The notes beneath the pieces were generated by a model. The model was not told the origin of the DNA. It searched no databases and saw nothing but the letters and a program-made list of their open reading frames with translations. 64,000 nt of DNA from Laetmonice hystrix (lineage: Eukaryota), in contig OZ249448.1 of assembly GCA_965235115.1 (NCBI GenBank), forward strand, positions 22,010,001-22,074,000. The letters run 5' to 3'. Both the position numbers and the translations under genes were made by a program. Of this stretch, positions 1 to 12,793 are shown piece by piece (the first letter of the stretch is position 1; each line of letters starts with the position of its first letter).

Positions 1-87
1 ACCCTACTTATATGCCCTTTTTACCATTAGGATTTCGACTGTCGCTATAGGCCACCCCATTCTGACTGTGGACCTAGGACACCCCTT

Positions 88-102
88 CTGGATCCGCCCC
101 TG
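88..102. mobile_element. Terminal motif of a MITE-like family (ctggatccgcccctg); probable right end of an element truncated by the window start
   Basis: Its reverse complement caggggcggatccag matches 14/15 with caggggcggagccag at 59891-59905, which is followed by a poly-G run. Confidence 0.4.
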
Positions 103-239
103 TTGATAGAGTCTTTGGCTTTGTGCAGATTTAATAAATAAATTGGAAAGAACTTTCCTCGATGTCCGATTTGTGTAAAAACATTATAGGCCACACGATT
201 TGGATACGACAATATTCAAGCGTCAAGGAGGAGATAGCA

Positions 240-421
240 TGACATCACCACCCCTTACAATGTGGAATGGACTCGTCCACACGTAAACACCCTGCGACCG
301 GCAAAGTGGCGCGCCGCGAGCGAGTCGACAACTCGCCAAAAGTTGAGGCAAAGCAAACCGTTGACAACAAACTTTTCCAGCCATGCCCACTTGGATAATT
401 ACGTAACAGAAACCCGCAGAT
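240..421 (+). promoter_or_regulatory. Putative promoter/5' UTR of the smoothelin-like gene
   Basis: CpG-rich stretch (ggcgcgccgcgagcgagtcg) directly upstream of the exon-1 ATG at 422. No TSS can be fixed from sequence alone. Confidence 0.4.
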
Positions 422-478
422 ATGGATGTCGAGTTTGCCGCCTATGCCGGGAAGGACGAGCGCACTCTACGTGCCTTG
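422..478 (+). CDS. Exon 1 of a smoothelin-like/Ig-domain protein (MDVEFAAYAGKDERTLRAL)
   Basis: ATG at 422, 19 codons, then a consensus donor TTG|GTGAGT in phase 0. Joined to 33426 it reads ...GKDERTLRAL|LDTTGEFSERRKIRAALRDL. This resembles the vertebrate smoothelin N-terminus as recalled (MADEALAGLDEGALRKLLEVTADLAERRRIRSAIREL). Confidence 0.8.
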
Positions 479-3451
479 GTGAGTGCCTTAAGGTTCCTTA
501 AAGTTAAAGGTGCTCTCAACGGCAGCACTTTTACTGCACTCAATGAATGAAATTGACGGGAGATCGGGCGTTCGGCTGACCTAGATCACCTGCCGGGGGC
601 GACTGTCGGAGGGGACCGCGTGTTTCCTTTCAAAGTTGACGGCACTCGGTGCGGGTCGATGCCGGTGAATTGTTGCGTGGTAGGGCCGGTGCTATTTCCG
701 CGTCGGTGACTGGAAAACTAGGCTACCGTTTAACGGTCCAGATTGTATTGACATGCTGGCAAACTGCAGAATGCCCTTTCTCCGAACTTTTCCTCAGCTT
801 ATTAAGATATGTTTGAAGGTGATCATTTGAATGTCAGTGTCGAGGGATCATCGGATGGGTAGGCCTCTATCAGTCAGTCGGCCTATGCACACTCTGCATG
901 TTGGCCTGTTGTAGGTCTATAGAAATCTAGGCCTTGTATTCTGAGACAATGCAGATTCCAAGACAGTGACAGTTCAATGTGACAAGTCACTGTTATTGTA
1001 AAAATCCCAAGAAGAAGGCACTGTAACTCTGACTTCATGATGTGCTGACTAACCTAAGCAGTAGTTGACTGGTAATTGTGGAATGTCATGAGCTCACCAG
1101 ACTGCATCTCCCTTCATACCTCAAGGTAGAGGTAGGAATTAATTGTATGCTCAGTGGAGAGGGTAATAATAGGCCTAGGGGCCTATATAGATATGTGGGA
1201 GGAAACATAGGGCCTACCCCCATGGTAGTCCTACATCTATACTGTTTATTAGTATGATTTAAAAGGTGAGCCGTCACCAGTGGTTTCTCACCAGTCAGTC
1301 GTCGTGTAAATCCGGATATATTGTTGTTGGGACAAAAAGAGGCATAGATCCAGGCCTAGGCTATAGGCGCCACACGGATCCAGCTTGGCGTCAGGGGGTG
1401 ATCGTTAGGTGGGGGCGGGATGGGGAGTGCTGTGGATGTTTGGGTTAAACTTCAAAGGCAATCCTACCAGGTGAAAAGGGTTTCCAAGGGGACGGGGTTG
1501 CAAACCCCATCAGTAACCCTCCTCCCCTCCCCCTACCTTAATACTTTAATTGAAAGTCGGAGGTTTGCAAATAGAAAGGGGTGTGTGAGAAACCGGGGGC
1601 AGAATCACACGAGTTTCTGACAATTTAAACGTGGTATATGGGGTCCATGTTATATTGGCTATATTGGCTATTTGCTTGGTCTGATTATAATACAGTTAAC
1701 CATCCATAAGTTGGAGGCCCCTTATTGTATCAGGGAGTATTACATACAATGGCAACATGTCGGATAGGACTGTCAACATATATAGTAGCGGCCTTCAACT
1801 ATAAATAAATGATAGCCTGCAAAAATGATATAATGCATCCAAGGTCAGGCCGGTATATAGGGATAGGTTCTTACTGAGGTACTTTTAGTAACTGTGTCCT
1901 CGAATACCATTGCAGGGATTGCCGCACTATGAAAGCTGCCAAAGATTGAAAACCACAGGCATTTTCATTCGCGATTATTATCTCTAATTGCCGTTCTGAA
2001 GGTGAGCAAACTCTGCTATAAGTAACCCGGATAAATTAGGAGTCGAGGCCTCTTTGTCGTGAGCTGGCAAGTTGAACTCAAAGTACCCGCTGGAGCCGAG
2101 TCACAGTGTACCACAAGTATAGGAGGCCTACATCCTGGGTCACATATAGGAAGGACTGTGTGAATTATGTCTCTTGAATGCGACATGATTCAAGACATGA
2201 AATGAGTTCACATTCTTCAGTTTCCGTCCTGTTTCGTTCTTAGAACTTTATAACTTATACATAATTACCATAATATGTGTGGGAACAAAACAAATTTTTT
2301 GATTAGCAAAAATGTGTTTGTTTAACTAAGTTTATTTATCAAAGATTGTTTGTAGCAATTTCAGGTCAAACTTTGTGTGGCAGCAGCGTTTATTCTTTTA
2401 TGTAGCTTACACCTGTTGGTGACATGTTAAATGACATGTTTAGTGACATGTTATGGGTGCCGACATGTCCAGATGTCACCCATCTAGTGACACAGCTGTA
2501 GTATATGTACACAAAGGCTGCCCACTACTCTCGCACTAGTTCCTCCCGATTGTAATGGCTCGGTTCATTTTGAACCAGCTTAGTATTTCCGATTTTAATG
2601 TAAAACCCCACCTGTGATGTTTAGTGTGAGAGGTTTATAGTTTACTAGAGTAGGCCCTATATGTGAGGGGTTCTAAAGCATTTATCAATTGATATAGTTG
2701 TATATTGAGTACCGCTACATTAACGTTTCATGTATCCCCATTTATATAAGTATATAAGGTTATATGTTCCATTACAAGTTTCATGAAATGAGTAATAGAG
2801 CAGTAAATTAAATACAAATTTATAAAGAGGGTGGGTGGGTGGGGTGGGAGGGGGTCTCCCCATATAGTGACATTCCACTGACGTACGTGAGCGTTCCTGT
2901 TTTGTCAGGTGTGGTAAATGTTTTACATGTCGGTGGTTGAGAGAACTCAATATGTCGACTCGGGCACGTTATATTCTAATGTTGACTTTCTCCACCGCCT
3001 GTTCGTGTATGTCACTGTGGTTACATATGGACCTCACAGGAGACGGGTGACTGGGGGAGAAATGCAAATTTGGGAGATATTAGTATGAAATACGTGGAAT
3101 TCCTCCCCAAATAACCCCAGAAAACAAACCTTGGCCTTCAGTGGAAGGTTTAAGAGTTTATTTATTGCGAGTGTTTAAACAATGGCCGAGCATGCGGTAA
3201 CTGATACGAGTGTGGCCCGCGGCCCAGGACCAGCCCAGGGCCAGCCCAGGGCTCGCACTTATAGACAGTGAGTGACTGGAGTGGAAGTGATGCCCCATGC
3301 CATGTGTCAACCTCCCTCCAGTCTGCAGGTGGGTCAGGTCCTGCTGAAGTGTATTCAGATTTTAAAAAAGTCGATTTTATGACTGGCCATGAGTCATGTT
3401 ATATGTTGTGGAGAAGAGGTTAATAATTGTGAAGGCAGTAACAATAGGATT

Positions 3452-6175
3452 CTCACTGTGCGAGGGTGTCATATCCTGACAGATGGTCACTGTGACTGTC
3501 ACCCTGACAGATACCATGGTCACTGTAAGGAGTGCCACCCTGACAGATACCATGGTCACTGTGAGGGTTGTCACCCTGACAGATACCATGGTCACTGTGA
3601 GGACTGTCACCCTGACAGATACCATGGTCACTGTGAGGACTGTCACCATGACAGATACCATGGTCACTGTGACTGTCACCCTGACAGATACCATGGTCAC
3701 TGTAAGGAGTGCCACCCTGACAGATACCATGGTCACTGTGAGGGTTGTCACCCTGACAGATACCATGGTCACTGTGAGGACTGTCACCCTGACAGATACC
3801 ATGGTCACTGTGAGGACTGTCACCATGACAGATACCATGGTCACTGTGAGGACTGTCACCATGACAGATACCATGGTCACTGTAAAGACTGCCACCCTGA
3901 CAGATACTGGTCATGGTCACTGTGAGGACTGTCACCCTGACAGATACTGGTCATGGTCCCTGTAAGGACTGTCACCCTGACAGATACTGGTCATGGTCCC
4001 TGTAAGGACTGTCACCCTGACAGATACTGGTCATGGTCCCTGTAAGGACTGTCACCCTGACAGATACTGGTCATGGTCCCTGTAAGGACTGTCACCCTGA
4101 CAGATACTGGTCATGGTCACTGTGAGGACTGTCACCCTGACAGATACCATGGTCACTGTGAGGACTGTCACCCTGACAGATACCATGGTCACTGTGAGGA
4201 CTGTCACCCTGACAGATACCATGGTCACTGTGAGGACTGTCACCCTGACAGATACTGGTCATGGTCACTGTGAGGACTGTCACCCTGACAGATACTGGTC
4301 ATGGTCACTGTGAGGACTGCCACCCTGACAGATACTGGTCATGGTCCCTGTAAGGACTGTCACCCTGACAGATACCATGGTCACTGTGAGGGTTGTCACC
4401 CTGACAGATACCATGGTCACTGTGAGGACTGTCACCATGACAGATACCATGGTCACTGTGAGGACTGTCACCCTGACAGATACCATGGTCACTGTGAGGA
4501 CTGTCACCCTGACGGATACCATGGTCACTGTGAGGACTGTCACCCTGACGGATACCACTGTCACTGTGAGGGTTGTCACCCTGACAGATACCATGGTCAC
4601 TGTGAGGACTGTCACCCTGACAGATACCACTGTCACTGCGAGGACTGTCACCCTGACAGATACCATGGTCACTGTGAGGACTGTCACCCTGACAGATACC
4701 ATGGTCACTGTGAGGACTGTCACCCTGACAGACCATGGTCACTGTGAGGACTGTCACCCTGACAGATACCATGGTCACTGTGAGGACTGTCACCCTGACA
4801 GATACCATGGTCACTGTGAGGACTGTCACCCTGACAGATACCATGGTCACTGTGAGGACTGTCACCCTGACAGATACCACTGTCACTGTGAGGGTTGTCA
4901 CCCTGACAGATACCATGGTCACTGTAAGGACTGTCACCCTGACAGATACCATGGTCACTGTGAGGACTGCCAGCCTGACAGATACCATGGTCACTGTGAG
5001 GACTGTCACCCTGACAGATACCACTGTCACTGTGAAGGTTGTCACCCTGACAGATACCATGGTCACTGTGAGGGTTGTCACCCTGACAGATACCATGGTC
5101 ACTGTGAGGACTGTCACCCTGACAGATACCATGGTCACTGTGAGGACTGTCACCCTGACAGATACCATGGTCACTGTGAGGACTGTCACCCTGACAGATA
5201 CCATGGTCACTGTGAGGGTTGTCACCCTGACAGATACCATGGTCACTGTGAGGACTGTCACCCTGACAGATACCATGGTCACCATAAGGACTGTCACCCT
5301 GACAGATACCACTGTCACTGTGAGGACTGTCACCCTGACAGATACCATGGTCACTGTGAGGACTGTCACCCTGACAGATACCATGGTCACTGTGAGGGTT
5401 GTCACCCTGACAGATACCATGGTCACTGTAAGGACTCTCACCCTGACAGACCATGGTCACTGTGAGGACTGTCACCCTGACAGATACCATGGTCACTGTG
5501 AGGGTTGTCACCCTGACAGATACCATGGTCACTGTGAGGACTGTCACCCTGACAGATACCATGGTCACTGTGAGGGTTGTCACCCTGACAGATACCATGG
5601 TCACTGTAAGGACTCTCACCCTGACAGACCATGGTCACTGTGAGGACTGTCACCCTGACAGATACCATGGTCACTGTGAGGGTTGTCACCCTGACAGATA
5701 CCATGGTCACTGTGAGGACTGTCACCCTGACAGATACCATGGTCACTGTGAGGACTGTCACCCTGACAGATACCATGGTCACTGTGAGGACTGTCACCCT
5801 GACAGATACCATGGTCATTGTGAGGGTTGTCACCCTGACAGATACCATGGTCACTGTGAAGACTGTCACCCTGACAGATACCATGGTCACTGTGAGGACT
5901 GTCACCCTGACAGATACCATGGTCATTGTGAGGGTTGTTACCCTGACAGATACCATGGTCACTGTGAGGACTGTCACCTGACAGATACCATGGTCATTGT
6001 GAGGGTTGTTACCCTGACAGATACCATGGTCACTGTGAGGACTGTCACCCTGACAGATACCATGGTCACTGTGAGGACTGTCACCCTGACAGATACCATG
6101 GTCACTGTGAGGACTGTCACCCTGACAGATACCATGGTCACTGTGAGGACTGTCACCCTGACAGATACCATGGTC
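3452..6175. repeat. Minisatellite, 36-bp unit ctgacagataccatggtcactgtgaggactgtcacc (~75 copies; 30/34/40-bp variants)
   Basis: Direct reading. The frame-breaking variants and open frames on both strands indicate non-coding DNA. Confidence 0.97.
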
Positions 6176-8130
6176 AGAGGGGCTCAGGGAGGGCTGCAGC
6201 AATGACAGTTGGAGGACATTTGTTTGGTCTGTAACTTGCTTTCCCAATTTTATTGCTTAATTTGGGATAATGAATTTGAAAATGCAGTTCCTGAAGCTAC
6301 TTGCTCATTTGTTCCTTGCAAAGTCTGTTGTAATCGTGACTGTGTCAGCGGGTATTTGTGTCTCAGAGTTACTGTCACCCTGGGGTAATTCGGAGGGTAT
6401 TTTTGTCCAAGTTGACATCCTTCCCTGACATGTTGTGTTGACCTCTGACCTGACCCTGGTCTTAGCCCCTGGAGTTAAGGCAGTCATTAAAGATGTTGGG
6501 GGGGGGGGGGGGTGTTGGTGGCGTGCCAGGCTAACAACGTCTGTGCCACAAACTAACGACAAATACCAGAGTAGGGTGACACATGGTGGTCACCCCAAAC
6601 TTCCTGCCCATGGCCCCACTCAGGCAATCCCCCTACAGTGTCAGCAGTATAACATGACAAGTATTTATGATATCATTGTAGTATAAACATAACGGAGATA
6701 TAGGTAGATACAGGTAGTAGGTGTTGATTAGTGCATGGAACCCTCCCTCCTGGGGTCGACACTCAGATTCATTCACTCCATCCCATTCACTTTGGTGTAA
6801 GCTAGGAGACCCAACTTGGCAAATTTAAAAAGCATAGTTCTTCATTCGACGTCTTACATTTTCCAGATAATTTTGTCCTTTCCATCAAAATATTACTCTG
6901 TGAAATACATACCCCGGTAGACAAATCATGTTGAGCCACCGAGGCGGCACCTGTGTCAACAGTTGTAGATACTAAACGAACCTTTGATTGGAATCTGTTG
7001 GGAGCCATACTGTCTGTCTACCTTTGACAATACCCCATACACTTAGTGTACATTGTCACTCCTTTGAGGAGATTAATATTCTATACCTTTGTTTATCACT
7101 AATCCTACTTCTAAGAGGTGCTCCTATTATCTGACATGTTAGTCAGGGTCGCTACAGTATCAAAGGCTAGGCACCAGGCAGGTCTCAAAAGGTCATGATA
7201 TTATCAGTGTCAGGTCATGTCAAACTTGAAGACGGACACCTGAGAGATGATGAAGTAACGTTCCCGTAACCATCGCGGGGAAAACTTGATGGACTTCTGC
7301 TGCTGACCAACATAATATCCATCATGATCCACCGTAACGTTTTGTTAATTACAAGTAACTTTGTCCTATATTAAACTAGTTGAGTGTAAGCGAAATGCAG
7401 TGCTATCCGATAGAATTCATTCTCCCCACATAAATGTGGACACTTGCTTTTGTGTTCTATATGTGCACTCTCTTATTTTGACCTGTTCAGAATTTTTTAA
7501 TTGGACCATTGAATGACACGCAGACAATATTTGACTTTACTTGTTCATGTATTTTTTTACTTGAATTATGAAAGACCTGGCGGATTTCACACCACTTTAC
7601 CTATTAAGTCAGTAATATGTAAGGAATTCCCGTGAGATATTTTTACAAAAATGGTATTTGTAGAGTTGACATAACTGAACCTTCAGCCAACAATAAATCT
7701 TGGAACCACATACCAATAATATGTAACATAAGCTATGCAGAAGCTATGGGTGCAGAACTGCATGGAAAGTACGCTTCAAACGCTATTATGATGTCCGGGA
7801 TGAATTGTGTGTCAATTTCACGGCAAGTTTGAGAGATTTATCCCCTCCAAGGCGAAGTCTTAAGCAATAGTTTGTGGAGAAGGTCATCAAATGACTATGT
7901 TAAAGTATGAACCTGATGTTTGTGACTGTAGATGATGGTTCACACTTCAGTGGCGTGACTGAGAAAGGGGCGGAAAGAAATGGCTGAGAATTAGGAGGAG
8001 GAAAAACGGTTTGACATTAAAAGTCAGGGTTCGTGTGAAGTACATAATTTGTATTCTTGAATTCAAGGAATTACTGTGGCATGTATAGCGGCCGGGGTAT
8101 GTGCAAATGTCAGCTTGCAGACATAAAGAT

Positions 8131-9888
8131 ATTTGAGGTGTGACATTGTCTGAGTTCCGGTATGTCAGTTGGTTCTGGTATCTGAGGTGTGACAGTGTCG
8201 GAGTATGTCAGTTGGTTCTGGTATCTGAGGTGTGACAGTGTCGGAGTATGTCAGTCGGTTCTGGTATCTGAGGTGTGACAGTGTCGGAGTATGTCAGTGG
8301 GTTCTGGTATCTGAGGTGTGACAGTGTCGGAGTATGTCAGTTGGTTCTGGTATCTGAGGTGTGACAGTGTCGGAGTATGTCAGTCGGTTCTGGTATCTGA
8401 GGTGTGACAGTGTCGGAGTATGTCAGTTGGTTCTGGTATCTGAGGCGTGACAGTGTCGGAGTATGTCAGTCGGTTCTGGTATCTGAGGTGTGACAGTGTC
8501 GGAGTATGTCAGTTGGTTCTGGTATCTGAGGTGTGACAGTGTGGGAGTATGTCAGTCGGTTCTGGTATCTGAGGTGTGACAGTGTCGGAGTATGTCAGTT
8601 GGTTCTGGTATCTGAGGTGTGGCAGTGTCGGAGTACGTCAGTTGGTTCTGGTATCTGAGGTGTGGCAGTGTCGGAGTACGTCAGTTGGTTCTGGTATCTG
8701 AGGTGTGACAGTGTCGGAGTATGTCAGTTGGTTCTGGTATCTGAGGCGTGACAGTGTCGGAGTATGTCAGTCGGTTCTGGTATCTGAGATGTGACAGTGT
8801 CAGAGTAGGCCCTATGTCAGTCGGTTCTGGTATCTGAGATGTGACAGTGTCAGAGTATGTCAGTTGGTTCTGGTATCTGAGGTGTGACAGTGTCGGAGTA
8901 TGTCAGTTGGTTCTGGTATCTGAGGCGTGACAGTGTCGGAGTATGTCAGTCGGTTCTGGTATCTGAGATGTGACAGTGTCAGAGTAGGCCCTATGTCAGT
9001 CGGTTCTGGTATCTGAGATGTGACAGTGTCGGAGTATGTCAGTCGGTTCTGGTATCTGAGGTGTGACAGTGTCGGAGTATGTCAGTCGGTTCTGGTATAT
9101 GAGGTGTGACAGTGTCGGAGTATGTCAGTCGGTTCTGGTATCTGAGATGTGACAGTGTCAGAGTATGTCAGTTGGTTCTGGTATCTGAGGTGTGACAGTG
9201 TCGGAGTATGTCAGTTGGTTCTGGTATCTGAGGTGTGACAGTATCGGAGTATGTCAGTGGGTTCTGGTATCTGAGGTGTGACAGTGTCGGAGTATGTCAG
9301 TTGGTTCTGGTATCTGAGGTGTGACAGTGTCGGAGTATGTCAGTTGGTTCTGGTATCTGAGGCGTGACAGTGTCGGAGTATGTCAGTCGGTTCTGGTATC
9401 TGAGATGTGACAGTGTCAGAGTAGGCCCTATGTCAGTCGGTTATGGTATCTGAGATGTGACAGTGTCAGAGTATGTCAGTCGGTTCTGGTATCTGAGATG
9501 TGACAGTGTCAGAGTAGGCCCTATGTCAGTCGGTTCTGGTATCTGAGGTGTGACAGTGTCGGAGTATGTCAGTCGGTTCTGGTATCTGAGGTGTGACAGT
9601 GTCGGAGTATGTCAGTTGGTTCTGGTATCTGAGGTGTGACAGTGTCGGAGTATGTCAGTTGGTTCTGGTATCTGAGGTGTGACAGTGTCGGAGTATGTCA
9701 GTCGGTTCTGGTATCTGAGGTGTGACAGTGTCGGAGTATGTCAGTCGGTTCTGGTATCTGAGGCGTGACAGTGTCGGAGTATGTCAGTCGGTTCTGGTAT
9801 CTGAGGTGTGACATTGTAGGAGTATGTCAGTCGGTTCTGGTATCTGAGGTGTGACATTGTAGGAGTATGTCAGTCGGTTCTGGTATCT
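8131..9888. repeat. Minisatellite, 43-bp unit tctgaggtgtgacagtgtcggagtatgtcagttggttctggta (~40 copies; 50-bp variant with taggccc insert)
   Basis: Unit starts at 8181 and 8224, with degenerate flanks on both sides. Confidence 0.97.
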
Positions 9889-12793
9889 AAATTTGACATT
9901 GTTAAGTAAATGTCAGTCTGTTCTGACACTGTAACAGTTTCGGATTATGTCGGTTGGTATATTTGAGGTCAGTCTTATCAAGTTAATAAACTCCTGACAA
10001 CAGGAACAAGTACCCCTGTCAATAAGCTATCAGGGCCGTCAGAAAACGTTATTACTGCCGTGACTCTAGGATACGGAGGACAAGTCAGATCTTGACATTG
10101 ACCTCGATATTTCAATTATAGTTTCTGACAGTTGGCCTCATCATACATATTGATATTCCTGATACCACGACAGTGGGAAGAGCCATGTCAAGGAATAAAC
10201 CGATAAACAGGGGGGGGGGGTCGAAACAGGGGGTCAGGGGGACCATGTCCCCAAGTCTTACAGGTAGGGGAAGAGTTATCATTTATCTAGCCGAATTGGC
10301 CGCTGCTGGCTGACTTGACCCTCCCACCTTTGTATAGCGTCCGACACTCCTGATATATGGATGTGTTGATGATGAACATGATTTATTAGCAATCCTTAGT
10401 ATGATAATAAAAGGAACTCCCAGCTCCTACCTCACCGCTGACACACAAAGGGAAAGCTGAAGATAGCTGTGGACGTAGGATGAACAGTTTCTGGTAGGAC
10501 GGACCTCACCCTACCCTTACACTGGTATCTCAGTGAACATGGTGAGAAATGTTGAGCGGTCGTTGGTTTTCTTTCTAATATTTTGGGAGGTTAATTGTTG
10601 CAGCAGACAAAACCCATTGAATGCCAAGTGTGTGCAGCCATGTGAGAAACACAACACGCTCCAGTGGTCCGTGACTCCACCGTCTGGTATTGTCGACCTT
10701 TCTTTTATTTAAAAAAAGAAAAGAAAAAGGATTTCCCCTTATCCTAGATTCTGGATATGTAAACTCGGTGTTATACATGGTAATTCTCGTTTTCTTTTGA
10801 TAATGTACATCAGGAAAATAATCCTAGAGCAGCACAGGCTGAGTTAGAGCTGACTTAAAAAAACACTTTTATCAACTATCTATAGAAACAGCTGCAAAAA
10901 AATAATTTGAGAAACAGGTGCAGGTGAGAATCCCTGTGACCTGAACACGTGGGATCCCATAATGTGACCCCATCGTGACCTCTCCAGGGACTGCAAACAA
11001 TCCAGAGAGCGTCCGCAGACAATATTGACAAAGGTGGAAAAAATGCTGGATGGAAGGTTGAGAAAAGTAAACTGGCGTATCTGAGCCTGGGTTATGGTAT
11101 TATCTGGGAGAATGTTTCAAATATCTCCACACAGGTGTTTTTTTCCAGACTATACGGTAGTATTAGACCTACCGGTACACCACCTCTGGTGGGAACCCTT
11201 TGGGGTTGTTATGGCCCTGTGAACGGTTTAACAACAGCTATGAACACTCTAAACTAACATTGACGTACAGACAAATCCTAAATATGTTACTGGTCTGTGG
11301 TAATGTTGTGACCGGTCACAGAACATAAATCATTACTACACCTGGCATGAAATGACCCGTATTAGATCAAGATGCCAGTTTAGTTAACATTTAGGTTTTA
11401 CCATTTTCCCGTGTCCCTTTGGCCTTACTCTGGTATTAGCTCCACCGGAGCAAGACATAAAATTGGTCTGATCATCTGGGGCCCGTCTTACTAAGAATGT
11501 CACTCCCCCATATCTGCAGGCACATCCTCAAATCTGTTTCAATGGAGGGAATTTTTAGAAAGACACCTCACAACGGGGATATCCCTGATCTGGGGACATG
11601 GTGGGGGTTTAGCTGGGGATCATCGTTTGTCAGACGGGCTCCTGGTCTCAGCAACGAGACTAGTCAAACTTCTCTCATAAACTTTCTGATCAGCGGTTCT
11701 CCCAGACATTCCTAGCATGTAATATTATGTGTCAATATCCCGGGAGATAAAATGATTTGACTAAATTCACCATAATGAGTATGAGTAATCGAGATTACTC
11801 AATAATATATCAGCTACAACCAACCCAAAACAACTGTTTGGTGACACACACGAACACTGAACGCCGGTAGCAGTTGGTTCCGGTTGGCCCTGCTGGAGCA
11901 CCACCCTTTGTGTTCAATCGATAAAATCGATAGTTGTGATGATCGTGCCATGATCAGTACTGTACGAATCCCTCCTGATCACAGGAACAACTTCCGGTAA
12001 TTGGTACAGAGGGCGCCACTGTCTGTCATTGGTTTACTTCGTGGAAAACGTCGAGAATTCGATAGGAGAGAATTGGATAAAGTCCTAGAAGTTCTGACAT
12101 ATCGGAAATGGAAGAAACTATACTATTCACTGCCAGAAAATGTATGATACATGTTCAGACTGAACTCGAACCTCACCTAAAAACTAAACTGGCTGAAAAT
12201 TGTAATGAGTCAATTAATGTGACACTACCTTTAGAAGAATTGGCCCAGTTATTGTATGCACTCAGGTGACTTTGTACTTTGCATGATTGATTACAATTAA
12301 AGCAATATTAAAGCGATTTAATTAAGGCATTTATAAGGGTCAACTCTTTGTGGAGGAATGTATATACCGTGATAATTGCTTTGATGAACACACAATTATA
12401 ACATTTCGTGTTTGCTTAGTAATGAGAATTTACCTTTATGTGTTTGCAAACCTAGTGACCAGGCTGTTACTGGTAAAGGTCTGACTCCTGCATTTAAAAA
12501 AAAAACATCGGCATGCAGTCCCTGATCAATTGCCGCCGTCGGTGTTGAGGAAATGTTTTACTTTGGTTGTTTGAAATCCGAGAAAAATAAGTCTGTGATA
12601 AAAGTGGCTCATAATGTGAACACGATTTAGACGACAAGAACTCGTTCGTTGTACCTTGTGACACTTTGCCAACAAGAGATATTGTCTGGGATTTTTTTGT
12701 TCCAACAAAGGAAGAATGAAGCACAACTGGTTGCTGCCTGCGAGCTTGTCTCCACTGGTTGTCAGTTGTGTGACTGTTTTCTGACTCGTGCTG

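Noticed and set aside
262-501. 79-aa ORF in the track at the window start
   Set aside because: The meaningful frame is the different one starting at ATG 422, which matches the smoothelin N-terminus and ends at a consensus donor.
3389-6205. Multiheme cytochrome c-like ORFs with dozens of CxxCH motifs (HCEDCHPDRYHG)n
   Set aside because: This is a translation of the 36-bp minisatellite. Units of 34 and 40 bp repeatedly shift frame, several frames on both strands are equally open, and there is no signal peptide or prokaryotic context.
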